Virus record (IMG/VR): IMGVR_UViG_3300017971_000001
Coordinates: 181,277-245,276 of that record
Length of the DNA stretch: 64,000 bases
Strand: one strand, 5' to 3'
The position numbers and the translations under genes are program-made. This document shows, one piece after another, positions 8,192 to 17,380 of this stretch. How positions within the stretch are numbered: position 1 is the first letter of the stretch; each line of letters opens with the position of its first letter. The notes beneath the pieces were generated by a model. It searched no databases, was not told the origin of the DNA, and saw only the letters and a program-made list of their open reading frames with translations.

Positions 8192-8731
8192 GTGAGACGT
8201 TGGTGCGCTGTCTGCAAATCCAGTAAGCACGACGCGAGCGAGTGCAAACGCGCGCGCGAGGTGATCGAGCGTAGGAAGAAGCGAGGCGGGAAGAATCGAG
8301 GCAGGAAGAGCGTCCTCGCAGAGGCCCGTCCTGAGCCCGCGGAGCCTTCACTCGAGCAAAGACTCAAAGAACTCGGACGTTCAGTCTCGAAGCTCAAGAC
8401 CCCAAAGAGGGAGTCCGCGACCTTCGCTGAGGTCGCAGAGAACGCCAGGTCTGAGAGCCGCTTCTTCCCCAGCTTCCTTGACGATCTGTTCAGCGGGACG
8501 CGCCTTCTTCCCGCCGGCGTTTTCCCTATCTCTTGGTTCAAGTGCGTTGGGGTCGTCGAGCGGTCGGACGAGGACTCACGCTACTACGACGAGAACACGC
8601 CGAAGTCGTCTTTGCGGGTCATGCTGAGCGACGACGATTTCGACACCCGGCTCCCGTTCTCGAGTTCTGGTTTCGGCTGGTCACCGTGCGGCGGAGGCTG
8701 GCGCAAGAACATGCACAGGAGCGATTTCTGA
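8192..8731 (+). CDS. CCHC zinc-knuckle basic protein
   Basis: CAVCKSSKHDASEC is an exact C-x2-C-x4-H-x4-C, followed by an Arg/Lys tract. Confidence 0.65.
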   Translation: MRRWCAVCKSSKHDASECKRAREVIERRKKRGGKNRGRKSVLAEARPEPAEPSLEQRLKELGRSVSKLKTPKRESATFAEVAENARSESRFFPSFLDDLFSGTRLLPAGVFPISWFKCVGVVERSDEDSRYYDENTPKSSLRVMLSDDDFDTRLPFSSSGFGWSPCGGGWRKNMHRSDF

Positions 8732-8764
8732 CCCGCAGGAGAAGGGGGCGTAGTGGATACGCTT

Positions 8765-8895
8765 CGCTCTCCATTGGAGAGGGCCAGCGCTTCGCCTGGG
8801 GCTACGGACTCGCCGTGGGCGTCTTTCACCGCGTCCCCTCTGGACTCAGGTCGTGCGGCCTGGGTCAGAAGTTCGCTTGGGGGAGAGGGGACAGC
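8765..8895. other. Hairpin-dense structured element at the convergence of the + and - blocks
   Basis: CTCTCC/GGAGAG and CTACGG/CCGTGG hairpins plus GTCCCCTCT (8833)/AGAGGGGAC (8884) enclosing two further hairpins. Confidence 0.45.
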
Positions 8896-8899
8896 GAGC

Positions 8900-9604
8900 T
8901 TATTTCTCCGTTATCTTCCGCACGAGCTCGAGCACGCCCTTCTTGTCAGCGAATCCGTAGGTCTTGATCTTGCCGCGGCGCTTGCGGCCCATGCTCTCGA
9001 CCATGGCCTCCATGAAGGCCTCTTGGCCGCTGCCGCTATCGTCGCCGGACTTCCAGTTCTCGCCCGCTTCGCGCAGCGGTCGTGCAGGCAGCTGGTGCTT
9101 GACGACGAACCCGTTGTCGATCGTGTGGATCACGACGCGAGACGGGCAGTCCTCGACCGACTCCGGGATCACGCCGCCCGAGTTGAACGCTCCGACCAGC
9201 CCGGCAGGCCCGGCAGGCCCGATCACGGCGACGGTCTCCTCAGACTCGATCTTGACGATCTCGTCCAGAGAGTCGCTCAGGGTCTTGAGGAGTTCGATCT
9301 GGTCGCTGTAAAGTTCGACCTTCCGCACGCGCTTGGCGAAGACCGTCTGGGGGTCGTCGCTCAGCGCTTTCCCGACCTTGCACTGCGCCGCTCCCTGAGC
9401 CTCTCTGGCGGCCGTGACGGCCTCGCTCTCGCTGTAGTCAAACTCGCAGACCTCGCCTTCTTCGCCCTCTGCCCAACTGGGGGCCGGCAGGGGAAACGTT
9501 TGAGCCCGAAGGAGCGACCGGCCGAGCTCCCCTTCGATCTTCACGAGGTGGAAGCGGTCGAGGAAGTTGGCGTTTTCTCCGAGGTGGATCGTGACCGTGT
9601 TCAA
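8900..9604 (-). CDS. Hypothetical protein
   Basis: 234 aa; codon pattern consistent with the minus-strand operon. Confidence 0.7.
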   Translation of the reverse strand: MNTVTIHLGENANFLDRFHLVKIEGELGRSLLRAQTFPLPAPSWAEGEEGEVCEFDYSESEAVTAAREAQGAAQCKVGKALSDDPQTVFAKRVRKVELYSDQIELLKTLSDSLDEIVKIESEETVAVIGPAGPAGLVGAFNSGGVIPESVEDCPSRVVIHTIDNGFVVKHQLPARPLREAGENWKSGDDSGSGQEAFMEAMVESMGRKRRGKIKTYGFADKKGVLELVRKITEK

Positions 9605-9607
9605 GGC

Positions 9608-10321
9608 TCAGCCCACCAAGATCTTGGCCGCGAGGCCGGCGACGGTCGCCCAGAGCAGGACTTCGCGACGCTCGGCGACGGCGTTGATCGTCCAGGCAGT
9701 CCTGTCCTTGATCTTGTCGATCAGGCGATTGGGGGCCTCGGTCGTCAGCACGCCGGCGGGGATCAGGTGTCGGTTTCCCTTGCGGTCTTCGCAGACCCAG
9801 CAGTCCTTGAGCGTGACCATGCGGTAGTGGTTCTTCTTGCCGTTGGGCTCAAGGATCGGGAACTCAGCGCCGTGAGGGTGCTGATACTTCTCGACGAGCT
9901 TGAAGGGGCCCTCACCGGCGATCCCGGCCCAGACGGTCATACCGACCTGAAGGCGCTCGCTCTTCTCCTCGGGTTCGACCGGAGCCTCAGCCGGAGTCTC
10001 AGCCGGAACCTTCGTCGCCGTGTTCTGCGACGCGGGTCCCTGGAGCCACCGGTGACGCTCGCTCTTAGGCGCTCCGCCCAGCGAGTAGGTCTGGCCGGCC
10101 CGTTGAGTCTCGCTGATCGAGAAGGCCGGCGGGCCGGAAAACCCGCTCGGATACGACTCCTTCGGGAAGCTGGCCTTGGGCTGCCCACGCGCTCCGAGCT
10201 CCGAACGTCGGGCCTGATAGGCCTCTTCGTTTGCTCGTTCACGTCCCTGGTCGCGCTCGGCCTTGTGGGACTCCCAGGACGGGCCGCCGCGATAGCCGCC
10301 CTCAAACGCAAACTCCGTCAT
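9608..10321 (-). CDS. Hypothetical protein with SH3-like segment and C-terminal hydrophobic anchor
   Basis: LQVGMTVWAG..FKLVEK; ends VLLWATVAGLAAKILVG. Confidence 0.7.
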   Translation of the reverse strand: MTEFAFEGGYRGGPSWESHKAERDQGRERANEEAYQARRSELGARGQPKASFPKESYPSGFSGPPAFSISETQRAGQTYSLGGAPKSERHRWLQGPASQNTATKVPAETPAEAPVEPEEKSERLQVGMTVWAGIAGEGPFKLVEKYQHPHGAEFPILEPNGKKNHYRMVTLKDCWVCEDRKGNRHLIPAGVLTTEAPNRLIDKIKDRTAWTINAVAERREVLLWATVAGLAAKILVG

Positions 10322-10395
10322 GCGATCTCCTCACCGCGGCGCCGGGGCCGCAGTCGCGAGTGTACGACGAAAAGCGGAAGTGAGAATGTCTAGCG

Positions 10396-10809
10396 CTAGC
10401 GATTCAGCCGCTCGAAGAGCTCGTCCGGATCATTGAGAACTCGTTCTGCGGACTCGTAGGGGCTGAGGATATCGAGGTCTCCGTCCCATTGGGACTGGGC
10501 CAGCAGGACCTTGCCCAGCATGAGGTCGAAGGACTCGACCTCCCACCCCAGTTCCTCTTCAACGACTTCCCAGGGAGCGTCCTGCATTTCCTCGCCGGCG
10601 TAGTCCTTGAAAAAAGTGTTGACGTGGTCCAGCCAGTCCTGGGGATTCTCTCCACCCCAGACCTGGAGCTCTCCCCCCGCGTCACGGTAGTTAACCAGCA
10701 GGCGAGGCCTGAGGTCGAACTGAGCAAGGAACTCAAGCAGGAGACCTGGTTCGTTGCGTAGGATCGCGCTAGCGCGACTCAGGATCTCGTCAGGACTCAT
10801 GCGGCTCAC
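10396..10809 (-). CDS. Acidic hypothetical protein
   Basis: GTGA coupling to the upstream gene. Confidence 0.7.
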   Translation of the reverse strand: MSRMSPDEILSRASAILRNEPGLLLEFLAQFDLRPRLLVNYRDAGGELQVWGGENPQDWLDHVNTFFKDYAGEEMQDAPWEVVEEELGWEVESFDLMLGKVLLAQSQWDGDLDILSPYESAERVLNDPDELFERLNR

Positions 10810-11696
10810 AGGCCCAGCCTTCCCAGCGCGCCTTCGACGCTTGCGCGCAGCTTCTCTCGCTGCTGTTCGAGTTCATTCGCGGCTCGCTCGAGCGCTTGTT
10901 GCTTGCGCTCCAGAATGTCGAGCTCGCGCGAAATGTTGGTCGTGCTGATTTCCTTCTGAGCGACCTGCATGGCGGCGGGGTGTTCAGCGACCCAGTCGGA
11001 AATGAATTCGGCGAGCGGCTCTTCGATTATGTCCCGAATTCGATTTTCAAGGTCTCGAGCTCGAGGGGGCCGGCGGCCGTGGAATTCGACCGAGAGCCCT
11101 CGCTCCATTCCGTAGAGCCCACCGAGGTATTCGACGGATCCGTCTGGGTGGACGACGAGCGCCGCCTTGCCGAACGCCTCCCAGAACTTTCCGCGGCCGC
11201 GACGCGCGCCGAGGGGCTCCCCGCGAGGGCATATGCTGTAGCTGAACGACGCCTTGCGAATCACCTGCCCTTGCCGTCCGGAGAGCGAAGAGTTGACCGG
11301 AAGCGACTCGACCACAGGAGGGTCGACGTGATCGATTCCGGCAGAGACTTCCGTTTGCTCTTCGTAGGGGTCTCGTTCGTACTTGGTGCCCGCGTTGTAG
11401 AGAGCGAGGTTGCCGACCTGAACGTAGACCACGTCGCTCGTGACGGGAACAATGCAGAGCCCTGGAGAGGGCCCTTCCGGGTTCCATTCGTAGTCGATCG
11501 GGTAGGACTGCAAAGCGTTGATCGTGACGTTGGGCTTTCCCCAGTAGCCCGTCATGTAGCTTGGCATTTCTCCTTCGACGTCGCCGCGGCGAATGAGTTC
11601 GTGTGCCAGCGCTTCAGCGGCCGCTGCGTCTCCGGCGCGGACCATGCGCGCCATGTCGCGGAGTCGCTCGTCGCTGGGGTTGTGTCGATAGCTCAT
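10806..11696 (-). CDS. NP-tagged module protein with C-terminal coiled coil
   Basis: MSYRHNPSDERLRDMARMVRAGDAAAAEAL. Confidence 0.78.
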   Translation of the reverse strand: MSYRHNPSDERLRDMARMVRAGDAAAAEALAHELIRRGDVEGEMPSYMTGYWGKPNVTINALQSYPIDYEWNPEGPSPGLCIVPVTSDVVYVQVGNLALYNAGTKYERDPYEEQTEVSAGIDHVDPPVVESLPVNSSLSGRQGQVIRKASFSYSICPRGEPLGARRGRGKFWEAFGKAALVVHPDGSVEYLGGLYGMERGLSVEFHGRRPPRARDLENRIRDIIEEPLAEFISDWVAEHPAAMQVAQKEISTTNISRELDILERKQQALERAANELEQQREKLRASVEGALGRLGL

Positions 11697-11920
11697 GAAA
11701 ACCTCGTGCTCCGGCCGGGGGAAGCCCCTCCACCGAAGCAGGATCGTATCCGAGGGCGCCGCCTGATCCTTGCTCGACTTTCCTGTATGAGCTCGAGCAG
11801 CGCCTTTCGGCGCCTTGAGCGAGTCACTCGACAGATTCCGCAGCCCTTGTATTGAGGGAGCGCGAGCGGCTCTTTGCAGGCTGAGCAGGTTGCGATTTTG
11901 AATGTTGGGTCAGCGCTCAC
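11693..11920 (-). CDS. Small CxxC..CxxC basic protein
   Basis: CSAC..CGIC; overlaps at both ends (GTGA/ATGA). Confidence 0.55.
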   Translation of the reverse strand: MSADPTFKIATCSACKEPLALPQYKGCGICRVTRSRRRKALLELIQESRARIRRRPRIRSCFGGGASPGRSTRFS

Positions 11921-12366
11921 TGGATCTCCGGGTGTTCGTTGTCCCACCATTGGACCTGGAATTCCCAGTCGTCGTAGACCAACTCGTCGTCGAGGTCGTA
12001 GGGGAAGCTATTGAAGTCAATGTCCCCGTGTCTTTCAACGTACTCTTTCGCGAATCTGAGCACTTCGCGAGCCTCTCTGGACGAGAAGCCGCCGATCGTG
12101 TTGGCGTAAGCGTAGTCGACGACCTGATAGGCGCGCCCTCCGTCCCAGGACTCGATCTCCTCGATCTCGAAGCGGCCGTCCGGAGGCCGGAAACCTCGCC
12201 GCTCGCGGTAGTCGGGCGGAAGGTAAACGATTCGGCTGCGAACCTGGTGCGCCTTGTCCCATTCGTCCTGACGTTCGAGTTCGAGCGCATACGCTTCTCC
12301 GAGCTCGCGCGATCGATCGCCGGCGAGCCATTGGCGCTCCAAGTTACGCAGGCGCTTGTCGCTCAA
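11917..12366 (-). CDS. Module protein (SDKRLRNLERQWLAGD)
   Basis: TTG start at 12366 overlapping the upstream TGA; acidic C-terminus. Confidence 0.7.
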   Translation of the reverse strand: MSDKRLRNLERQWLAGDRSRELGEAYALELERQDEWDKAHQVRSRIVYLPPDYRERRGFRPPDGRFEIEEIESWDGGRAYQVVDYAYANTIGGFSSREAREVLRFAKEYVERHGDIDFNSFPYDLDDELVYDDWEFQVQWWDNEHPEIQ

Positions 12367-14051
12367 AACAACGAGTCCCCGAGATCGTGCCCTTCCTTCC
12401 AGGCCTGGCGCATGCCTCCCGCGGGCGCCTCGGCAACGATCTCGAGCGTTTCGAGGAGCCCGTCCCGACTCTTGCGCTGAACGCGGATTTCGTCCAGCCA
12501 CTCGAGTTCGAGCCAGGGAAGCGGGATCGGCATGTCGATTTCTACTCGGTCGCCGCTCGGCTCAGGCATGTAGACGCTCCGCGTTACCGGGTCTTCGATT
12601 CGGAAGACGCCGAGCGTGACTTGGTGCTCGTCCGGGCGGACCTGAGAGAGGTCCGGTGCCATTCCTGGCAGTGGGCGAAGGGAGTCGTAGTGACTCGAGC
12701 CAGCGTATCCGTTGGGGAAGACGAAGCGCAGCGTCTCCAGAACGAGATCGCCGGCGCGTGGAATGGGGTGGGACCCCCATGCGCCCCTGCGCTCCATAGC
12801 CGCCATGCCCATGCGGAAACTTCCGGGGGCGAGGTACTCACGAATGGCGAGATCGGGCTCAGGGATCATGCCCTTGCGCACGTCGATCAGGTTCTGCAGC
12901 GCCTTCTCGCGCAGGGCGGCGGGCAGCTGGTCGAAGACGGGCGCGAACTGCGTCGTCAGTCGAGTCAGGCGCTCGATCGCGTCCGGGTCACCTGCCGCGG
13001 CCGCGCGCTCGAGCTCGCGAAGTCGGCGGTCGCCTCGCTCGGGATTGCGTCGCTTGCGACGCCGGCGGCGGAGCGGGTTGTTGCTGTAGGCGTGCTTCTT
13101 GCACTTCTTCTTGTACTTCTCCAGGCGAGCGCACATGGGGCACTCGGCGGGGGTCATGGAGGTAATCTCTCTTCGCTTCGGAGGGAGCGCGCCGGGTCCG
13201 ACGCTCCCGCGACTCTCTCCAAGCCACGCCAGCAGCAACCGCTCCATGACCTCCATGACCTGGTTGACCGAGAGGCCGATCGACGTGCCTCCGAAGCAGG
13301 GCGGGAAATGAACTCCTCCGCAGACTCCGCATTCGTGGTTTGGGTCGAAATATTCGACGTCTACGTCGAGTGGATCAAAGTCTTCGTCGAATCGATCTTC
13401 CTCGAACTCTTCAATGCTGACTTCGTCAATCTTGTTGGCCATGATCAAAGCGGCCCAAACCAGGAGATCGTAAGGCCCGATCGAGACGTAGTAGTGAGGA
13501 GGGATTTCCTGATAGGGCTCGTCCTCGCTGGAAGCGATCTGGATCAGAAGATCGGCCTGCTGGATCACGCCCTCAAAGCTGTTCGCCATGTTGAAGACGT
13601 TTGCGCGGCTCAGCCCTCGACCTGAGAGATAGTGCCGCCCCCAGTCGCTGTCGAGGATCGTAGGAATGACGAGCTCGACGTCCGAGATCGTGTGAAGCTC
13701 GATCATGGGGAGTTCGAACAGGGTCTTGCACCACTGGTTGAATTCTCGATTTCCCCAGGCTGGGTCATGGTCGAAATCGTAAAGCGCTCCTACGGTCCCC
13801 ATGCGGTCAGAGCTCTGAAGCGAGCGGACGGCACTGCGCACGAATTCGATCAGTCGGGCGCCGCCTGCGTCCTGCCCGGCGAGCTCGGCGAGGCTATGAC
13901 TACGGTTCGTTCTTGGGGTCCTGCCCGCGGCGGCGAGGAGTCGCTCGTATTCTTCCTGAGCTTCAGGGTCCCCCAGCGCTGCCGCCCGGCGCACGCGCTC
14001 GATCCGCTCGTCCAGACCTGCATTGCGCCGGTATCCGTAATAGCGCCTCAC
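12363..14051 (-). CDS. Two-module protein with an internal RRNP junction
   Basis: N-terminal RRNAGLDERIERVRRAAALGDPEA and internal RRNPERGDRRLRELERAAAAGDPDA; two CxxC pairs before the junction. Confidence 0.8.
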   Translation of the reverse strand: MRRYYGYRRNAGLDERIERVRRAAALGDPEAQEEYERLLAAAGRTPRTNRSHSLAELAGQDAGGARLIEFVRSAVRSLQSSDRMGTVGALYDFDHDPAWGNREFNQWCKTLFELPMIELHTISDVELVIPTILDSDWGRHYLSGRGLSRANVFNMANSFEGVIQQADLLIQIASSEDEPYQEIPPHYYVSIGPYDLLVWAALIMANKIDEVSIEEFEEDRFDEDFDPLDVDVEYFDPNHECGVCGGVHFPPCFGGTSIGLSVNQVMEVMERLLLAWLGESRGSVGPGALPPKRREITSMTPAECPMCARLEKYKKKCKKHAYSNNPLRRRRRKRRNPERGDRRLRELERAAAAGDPDAIERLTRLTTQFAPVFDQLPAALREKALQNLIDVRKGMIPEPDLAIREYLAPGSFRMGMAAMERRGAWGSHPIPRAGDLVLETLRFVFPNGYAGSSHYDSLRPLPGMAPDLSQVRPDEHQVTLGVFRIEDPVTRSVYMPEPSGDRVEIDMPIPLPWLELEWLDEIRVQRKSRDGLLETLEIVAEAPAGGMRQAWKEGHDLGDSLF

Positions 14052-14353
14052 GACCGCGCCTTTTCCAACTGCTTCTGCAGCTTGTCGATCTCACGCTCGA
14101 GCTTCTTGGCCTGCTTGGCCTGCTCGTCCTTGCGGGCCTTGCGCCGCTCGCCGACCTTTTCGACCGCGCAGGTCACGCCGCGGACGCCCTTGCCGAGCTT
14201 GTAGCCAATGAAGACGCCGAGCAGTCCGCCGATCAGAATGGCCGGGAGGGTCGGAATCAGGTTGACGCTGAAGGCGTCTCCGACGAACCCATTGATCCCA
14301 GAGGGCTGTTGCTGGGGCTGAGGCGCTGGTTGCTGAGGGACGGTGTAGTACAT
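14048..14353 (-). CDS. Small membrane protein with coiled-coil tail
   Basis: LPAILIGGLLGVFIGY hydrophobic helix, then charged heptads. Confidence 0.7.
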   Translation of the reverse strand: MYYTVPQQPAPQPQQQPSGINGFVGDAFSVNLIPTLPAILIGGLLGVFIGYKLGKGVRGVTCAVEKVGERRKARKDEQAKQAKKLEREIDKLQKQLEKARS

Positions 14354-14357
14354 GGAG

Positions 14358-14885
14358 CTATCCGTGCATGGCGGCCAGGAGGAGCTCGACCACTTCGTCC
14401 GTAGGGTGGTGAGGCGTGAGCTCGTCTTGGTAGTTCTCGACGACTCTCTCTATTGTCTCTGAATCTCCCTGGGCTTCCAGCAGGTCCCTTGCAAGCAGGA
14501 GGCCGAGCCAGGCCCGCGCGAGTGTGACGAAACGCAGGCGTTGCTCTGGGTCCAGTGCCTCCGCGCCCGTCAAGTCGGCTCCGCTGGCCTCCCAGTGGCT
14601 TTCTGCTTGGACAATAACGCTGTCCGCCAGGACGAACGTTAGATCGAACAGCTGCCGGAAAGCAGCCCTTTGGAGGGCGGGGCTCCGTCGGAACAGTTCG
14701 CCGAGTGCTTCGATCGCGGGTCGCTTGTAGGCATGGTCGATCCGAGCTCGGTCGAACATGCCCAGCGGGATCTCTTCGCCGCGTCCGGCCAGGATCATGC
14801 CCTGGACGTACATGTCGAGCGCGTCCTGATCGCCGGCGTTGGCCTCGCGATAGAGCTCCTGAAGCACCTCGTCACGACTGCTCAT
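14358..14885 (-). CDS. Helical protein with divergent module (LQELYREANAGDQDA)
   Basis: N-terminus parallels the shared module. Confidence 0.7.
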   Translation of the reverse strand: MSSRDEVLQELYREANAGDQDALDMYVQGMILAGRGEEIPLGMFDRARIDHAYKRPAIEALGELFRRSPALQRAAFRQLFDLTFVLADSVIVQAESHWEASGADLTGAEALDPEQRLRFVTLARAWLGLLLARDLLEAQGDSETIERVVENYQDELTPHHPTDEVVELLLAAMHG

Positions 14886-15030
14886 GGTCGTCCTTGGGTT
14901 CGTCGTGAATGAAGGATTGGCAGGAAGGGCACCACAGCAACCACAATCGGGACCCGCTCTCCTTCTCCCAAGCTGGCTTGAGCTCGGGCTTGAATCCGCA
15001 GGCGTCGCAGGGCTCGAAAAGGGGGATCAT
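14872..15030 (-). CDS. 52 aa zinc-ribbon protein (below the ORF-track cutoff)
   Basis: MIPLFEPCDACG..WCPSCQSF; ATGA overlap with the 15027 stop. Confidence 0.65.
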   Translation of the reverse strand: MIPLFEPCDACGFKPELKPAWEKESGSRLWLLWCPSCQSFIHDEPKDDHEQS

Positions 15031-16904
15031 TCTGACTGCGGCCCTAGGAGCTCGAGCGCGATCCGCCGCTTCTCCCTCCCAAGCGGAGACAGCGCGCTTG
15101 CGCCTGCGCTCTCACGAAGGAAGTAGAGGTCGTTGCTCGAGTAGCTTCCCTCACGATCTCCGTAGCGAGCGATCAGGTCTTGATCCCAGCTTCGCGCGCC
15201 CTTGTCCATGCCGGGGTAGTGGTAGAAGTCGTAGAACGACCTCCAGATCCTCCCTGTGAAGCGTTCCTGCTCGGCGGGGTAGTAGGACGTGTGTAGATAC
15301 GTGTAGGCCGGATCTGCGAACTGGTGCGGGCTCCAGAAGGGACCGGGCACGCGATCTCCTTCCTCCAAGATTCCGCGCCGCAGGAGCTCGTCCACGTAGT
15401 GCCGGCGGTCCTCGATCGATCCTGTTTGAGCCGCGCGCTCGAGCTCGCGCAGGCGCTCGTCACCTTTGTTGGGATTTTCGCGCGCCCGTCGGACGACCTG
15501 AATGTTCTTCCAGGGAATCGTGCCCAGGTAGATCGAGGCGACTCCGCCGCATTCGTAGTCGTCGACGTAGCGCTTGCCGTATTTCTTGGCCCCCTCGATC
15601 AGCCAGGCGTCTCCCTCGGGCGTGCCGAAGACGCTCCGGACGTCGAAGTATTCTTCAGGCGCGACGCCGAGGACCCAGTAGCGCTCGTAGGGGTCCATGA
15701 GGTTGTAGTCGGGGACGAGCAGGTCGGGGTCGGGCACCTCGACGCCGAGAAGTCGTCTCGTTTTTGGGTCGGTTGAGTAGTGGCCTCCCCAGCACCAACT
15801 TTCAGAGGTTTCGCTGCCAAGGAATGGATAGACCAGTCCTCGCTCGCGGATCTTGGGAAGCTTCCACTTGGTCGTGCCGTGGTAGTAGTCGAACTCCTCG
15901 AAATCGTCGATCGGATTCTTCCTCGGGCGTCGGTATCCCCGCGGCGGCCAGGTCCCAATGAAGGTCCTGAGTCCAGCTTCAGAGTCGTCCAGCGCTATTT
16001 CGAGATCCATGCCGCTTCCGCGCTCAATGAAGTCAGGGATCTCTCGCAAGGAACCGGCGGAGATCTGGAGGCGGTGATCCTCGGGGTCGAGCTCGAGGAC
16101 CTGGTCCGCCTGCCTGTTCATTCGCTTGCGGATCACGGCGATCGCGTAGGGCGTGAGCGTTCTGCTTTGATTGAGTTCGAAGATCGTGTCCAGGAAGTCC
16201 CGGTTGAGACGAACCTCCTCCAGGAGCTCCTGCGCCTGAAAGGCGTGAAAGTCGGAGCGGGCGGGATTGTTTTGCACGCTCGCGGTGATCCCGAAGTGCT
16301 CCTGCTCAGTTGGGCTGTAGATCCGATACCTTCCGCAGTGGGGGCCGTATCGCTTCCCGCGCAAGCCGACGACCTCCACGCAGGTCTTGTAGTCCAGCGG
16401 CTCCATGAACAGCAGGTCGACGATCCCGATCGGATACCAGGGCGCCGGGTTCGGCCAGTCGAGCATGTAGGTGCGGTTCTCTAGGTAGCGCAGCAGGTCC
16501 TCGTGCGTGTCGACGGTATGGAACCAGAGTTCGTCGTATGAATGAACGACGCCGCGCTCAACGATCAGGAACCGTCCCGAGAGCGCGCTGCGCATGTCCG
16601 TGTTTTCGGGGTCGAAGGCGTCCCGAAAATCGTTCTGGCTGAACTCTGTCGCCCATTCGAGATAGGGAGGCGCGGTTCCGTCCCTGATTTGATCGATCAG
16701 GGTGTAAGCGCGAACGCTGTAGTTGGACTTCTCCCCGACTGCCAGGCGCGCGTAGTGCAGCATGTCCCGCGCCTCATGGTCGCCCTCCTGAGATCGCCTC
16801 TCGAGCTCGCCGTTGCGGTAGAGTTCGATCAAGAGTTCGTCGTAGGCGTCCCGGTCGCCTTCGGCTGCGAGTCGCTCAAGCCTGCGAATCCTCGGGTCGC
16901 TCAT
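15027..16904 (-). CDS. NP-segmented multi-module protein containing an ADP-ribosyltransferase-like domain
   Basis: Starts MSDPRIRRLERLAAEGD; after RKNP comes YYHGTTKWKLPKIRERGL..SIYLGTIPWKNI; after RENP a second GDERLRELERAA module. Confidence 0.78.
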   Translation of the reverse strand: MSDPRIRRLERLAAEGDRDAYDELLIELYRNGELERRSQEGDHEARDMLHYARLAVGEKSNYSVRAYTLIDQIRDGTAPPYLEWATEFSQNDFRDAFDPENTDMRSALSGRFLIVERGVVHSYDELWFHTVDTHEDLLRYLENRTYMLDWPNPAPWYPIGIVDLLFMEPLDYKTCVEVVGLRGKRYGPHCGRYRIYSPTEQEHFGITASVQNNPARSDFHAFQAQELLEEVRLNRDFLDTIFELNQSRTLTPYAIAVIRKRMNRQADQVLELDPEDHRLQISAGSLREIPDFIERGSGMDLEIALDDSEAGLRTFIGTWPPRGYRRPRKNPIDDFEEFDYYHGTTKWKLPKIRERGLVYPFLGSETSESWCWGGHYSTDPKTRRLLGVEVPDPDLLVPDYNLMDPYERYWVLGVAPEEYFDVRSVFGTPEGDAWLIEGAKKYGKRYVDDYECGGVASIYLGTIPWKNIQVVRRARENPNKGDERLRELERAAQTGSIEDRRHYVDELLRRGILEEGDRVPGPFWSPHQFADPAYTYLHTSYYPAEQERFTGRIWRSFYDFYHYPGMDKGARSWDQDLIARYGDREGSYSSNDLYFLRESAGASALSPLGREKRRIALELLGPQSE

Positions 16905-17380
16905 GCGTAGTCGAGCTCCGTCACGGGCCAGCTTGCGTAGCACGCATTGCAGCTGATCCAGTCAGCCGGCCCTGCGTCGTCCGCGCTCTCGAACAGGCCA
17001 GTGACGTAGAGCACTCCGTCTTCGGCCTCACCCGCTTCTGCGAAGCGTAGTTCGTAGCTGCAGAGGCTGAAGCCCGCGCCTTCGATCTCGTGACCGCGGG
17101 GGCACTCGGTCACACTCTTGTGATTAGGGAACCAGCCAGCATGCGGCTCACCTCGCTGCTGCCAGGGTCGCGTGGCGTTGGCGAGCAGTAGATTCCGAGC
17201 TATGCGGGAGCAGACTTCAGGGGGCAGGGCGCCCTGCAGCCAGCGAATGTTCGCCTCGTCAGCCATGAACTCGGGGGTGAGGGCTCCTGTCCGCAGGAGC
17301 TCTTGGTACAGAAGGGGTCCTGCCTCGGGGTCGCCCTCGGCCACCCGGCGCTCCAGTTCTCGTAAGCGTCGATCGCTCAT
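16901..17380 (-). CDS. Module protein with C-terminal zinc ribbon (paralog A)
   Basis: MSDRRLRELERRVAEGDPEA; CPRGH..CNACYASWP. Confidence 0.8.
   Translation of the reverse strand: MSDRRLRELERRVAEGDPEAGPLLYQELLRTGALTPEFMADEANIRWLQGALPPEVCSRIARNLLLANATRPWQQRGEPHAGWFPNHKSVTECPRGHEIEGAGFSLCSYELRFAEAGEAEDGVLYVTGLFESADDAGPADWISCNACYASWPVTELDYA

Noticed and set aside
8780-8895. Hammerhead ribozyme on the minus strand (CTGA..GAAA)
   Set aside because: The CUGANGA core and stem arrangement are not satisfied
8753-10393. 546 aa + strand ORF
   Set aside because: Antisense shadow of the coupled minus-strand genes 8900 and 9608; Leu/Arg/Gly-rich composition typical of GC-rich reverse frames
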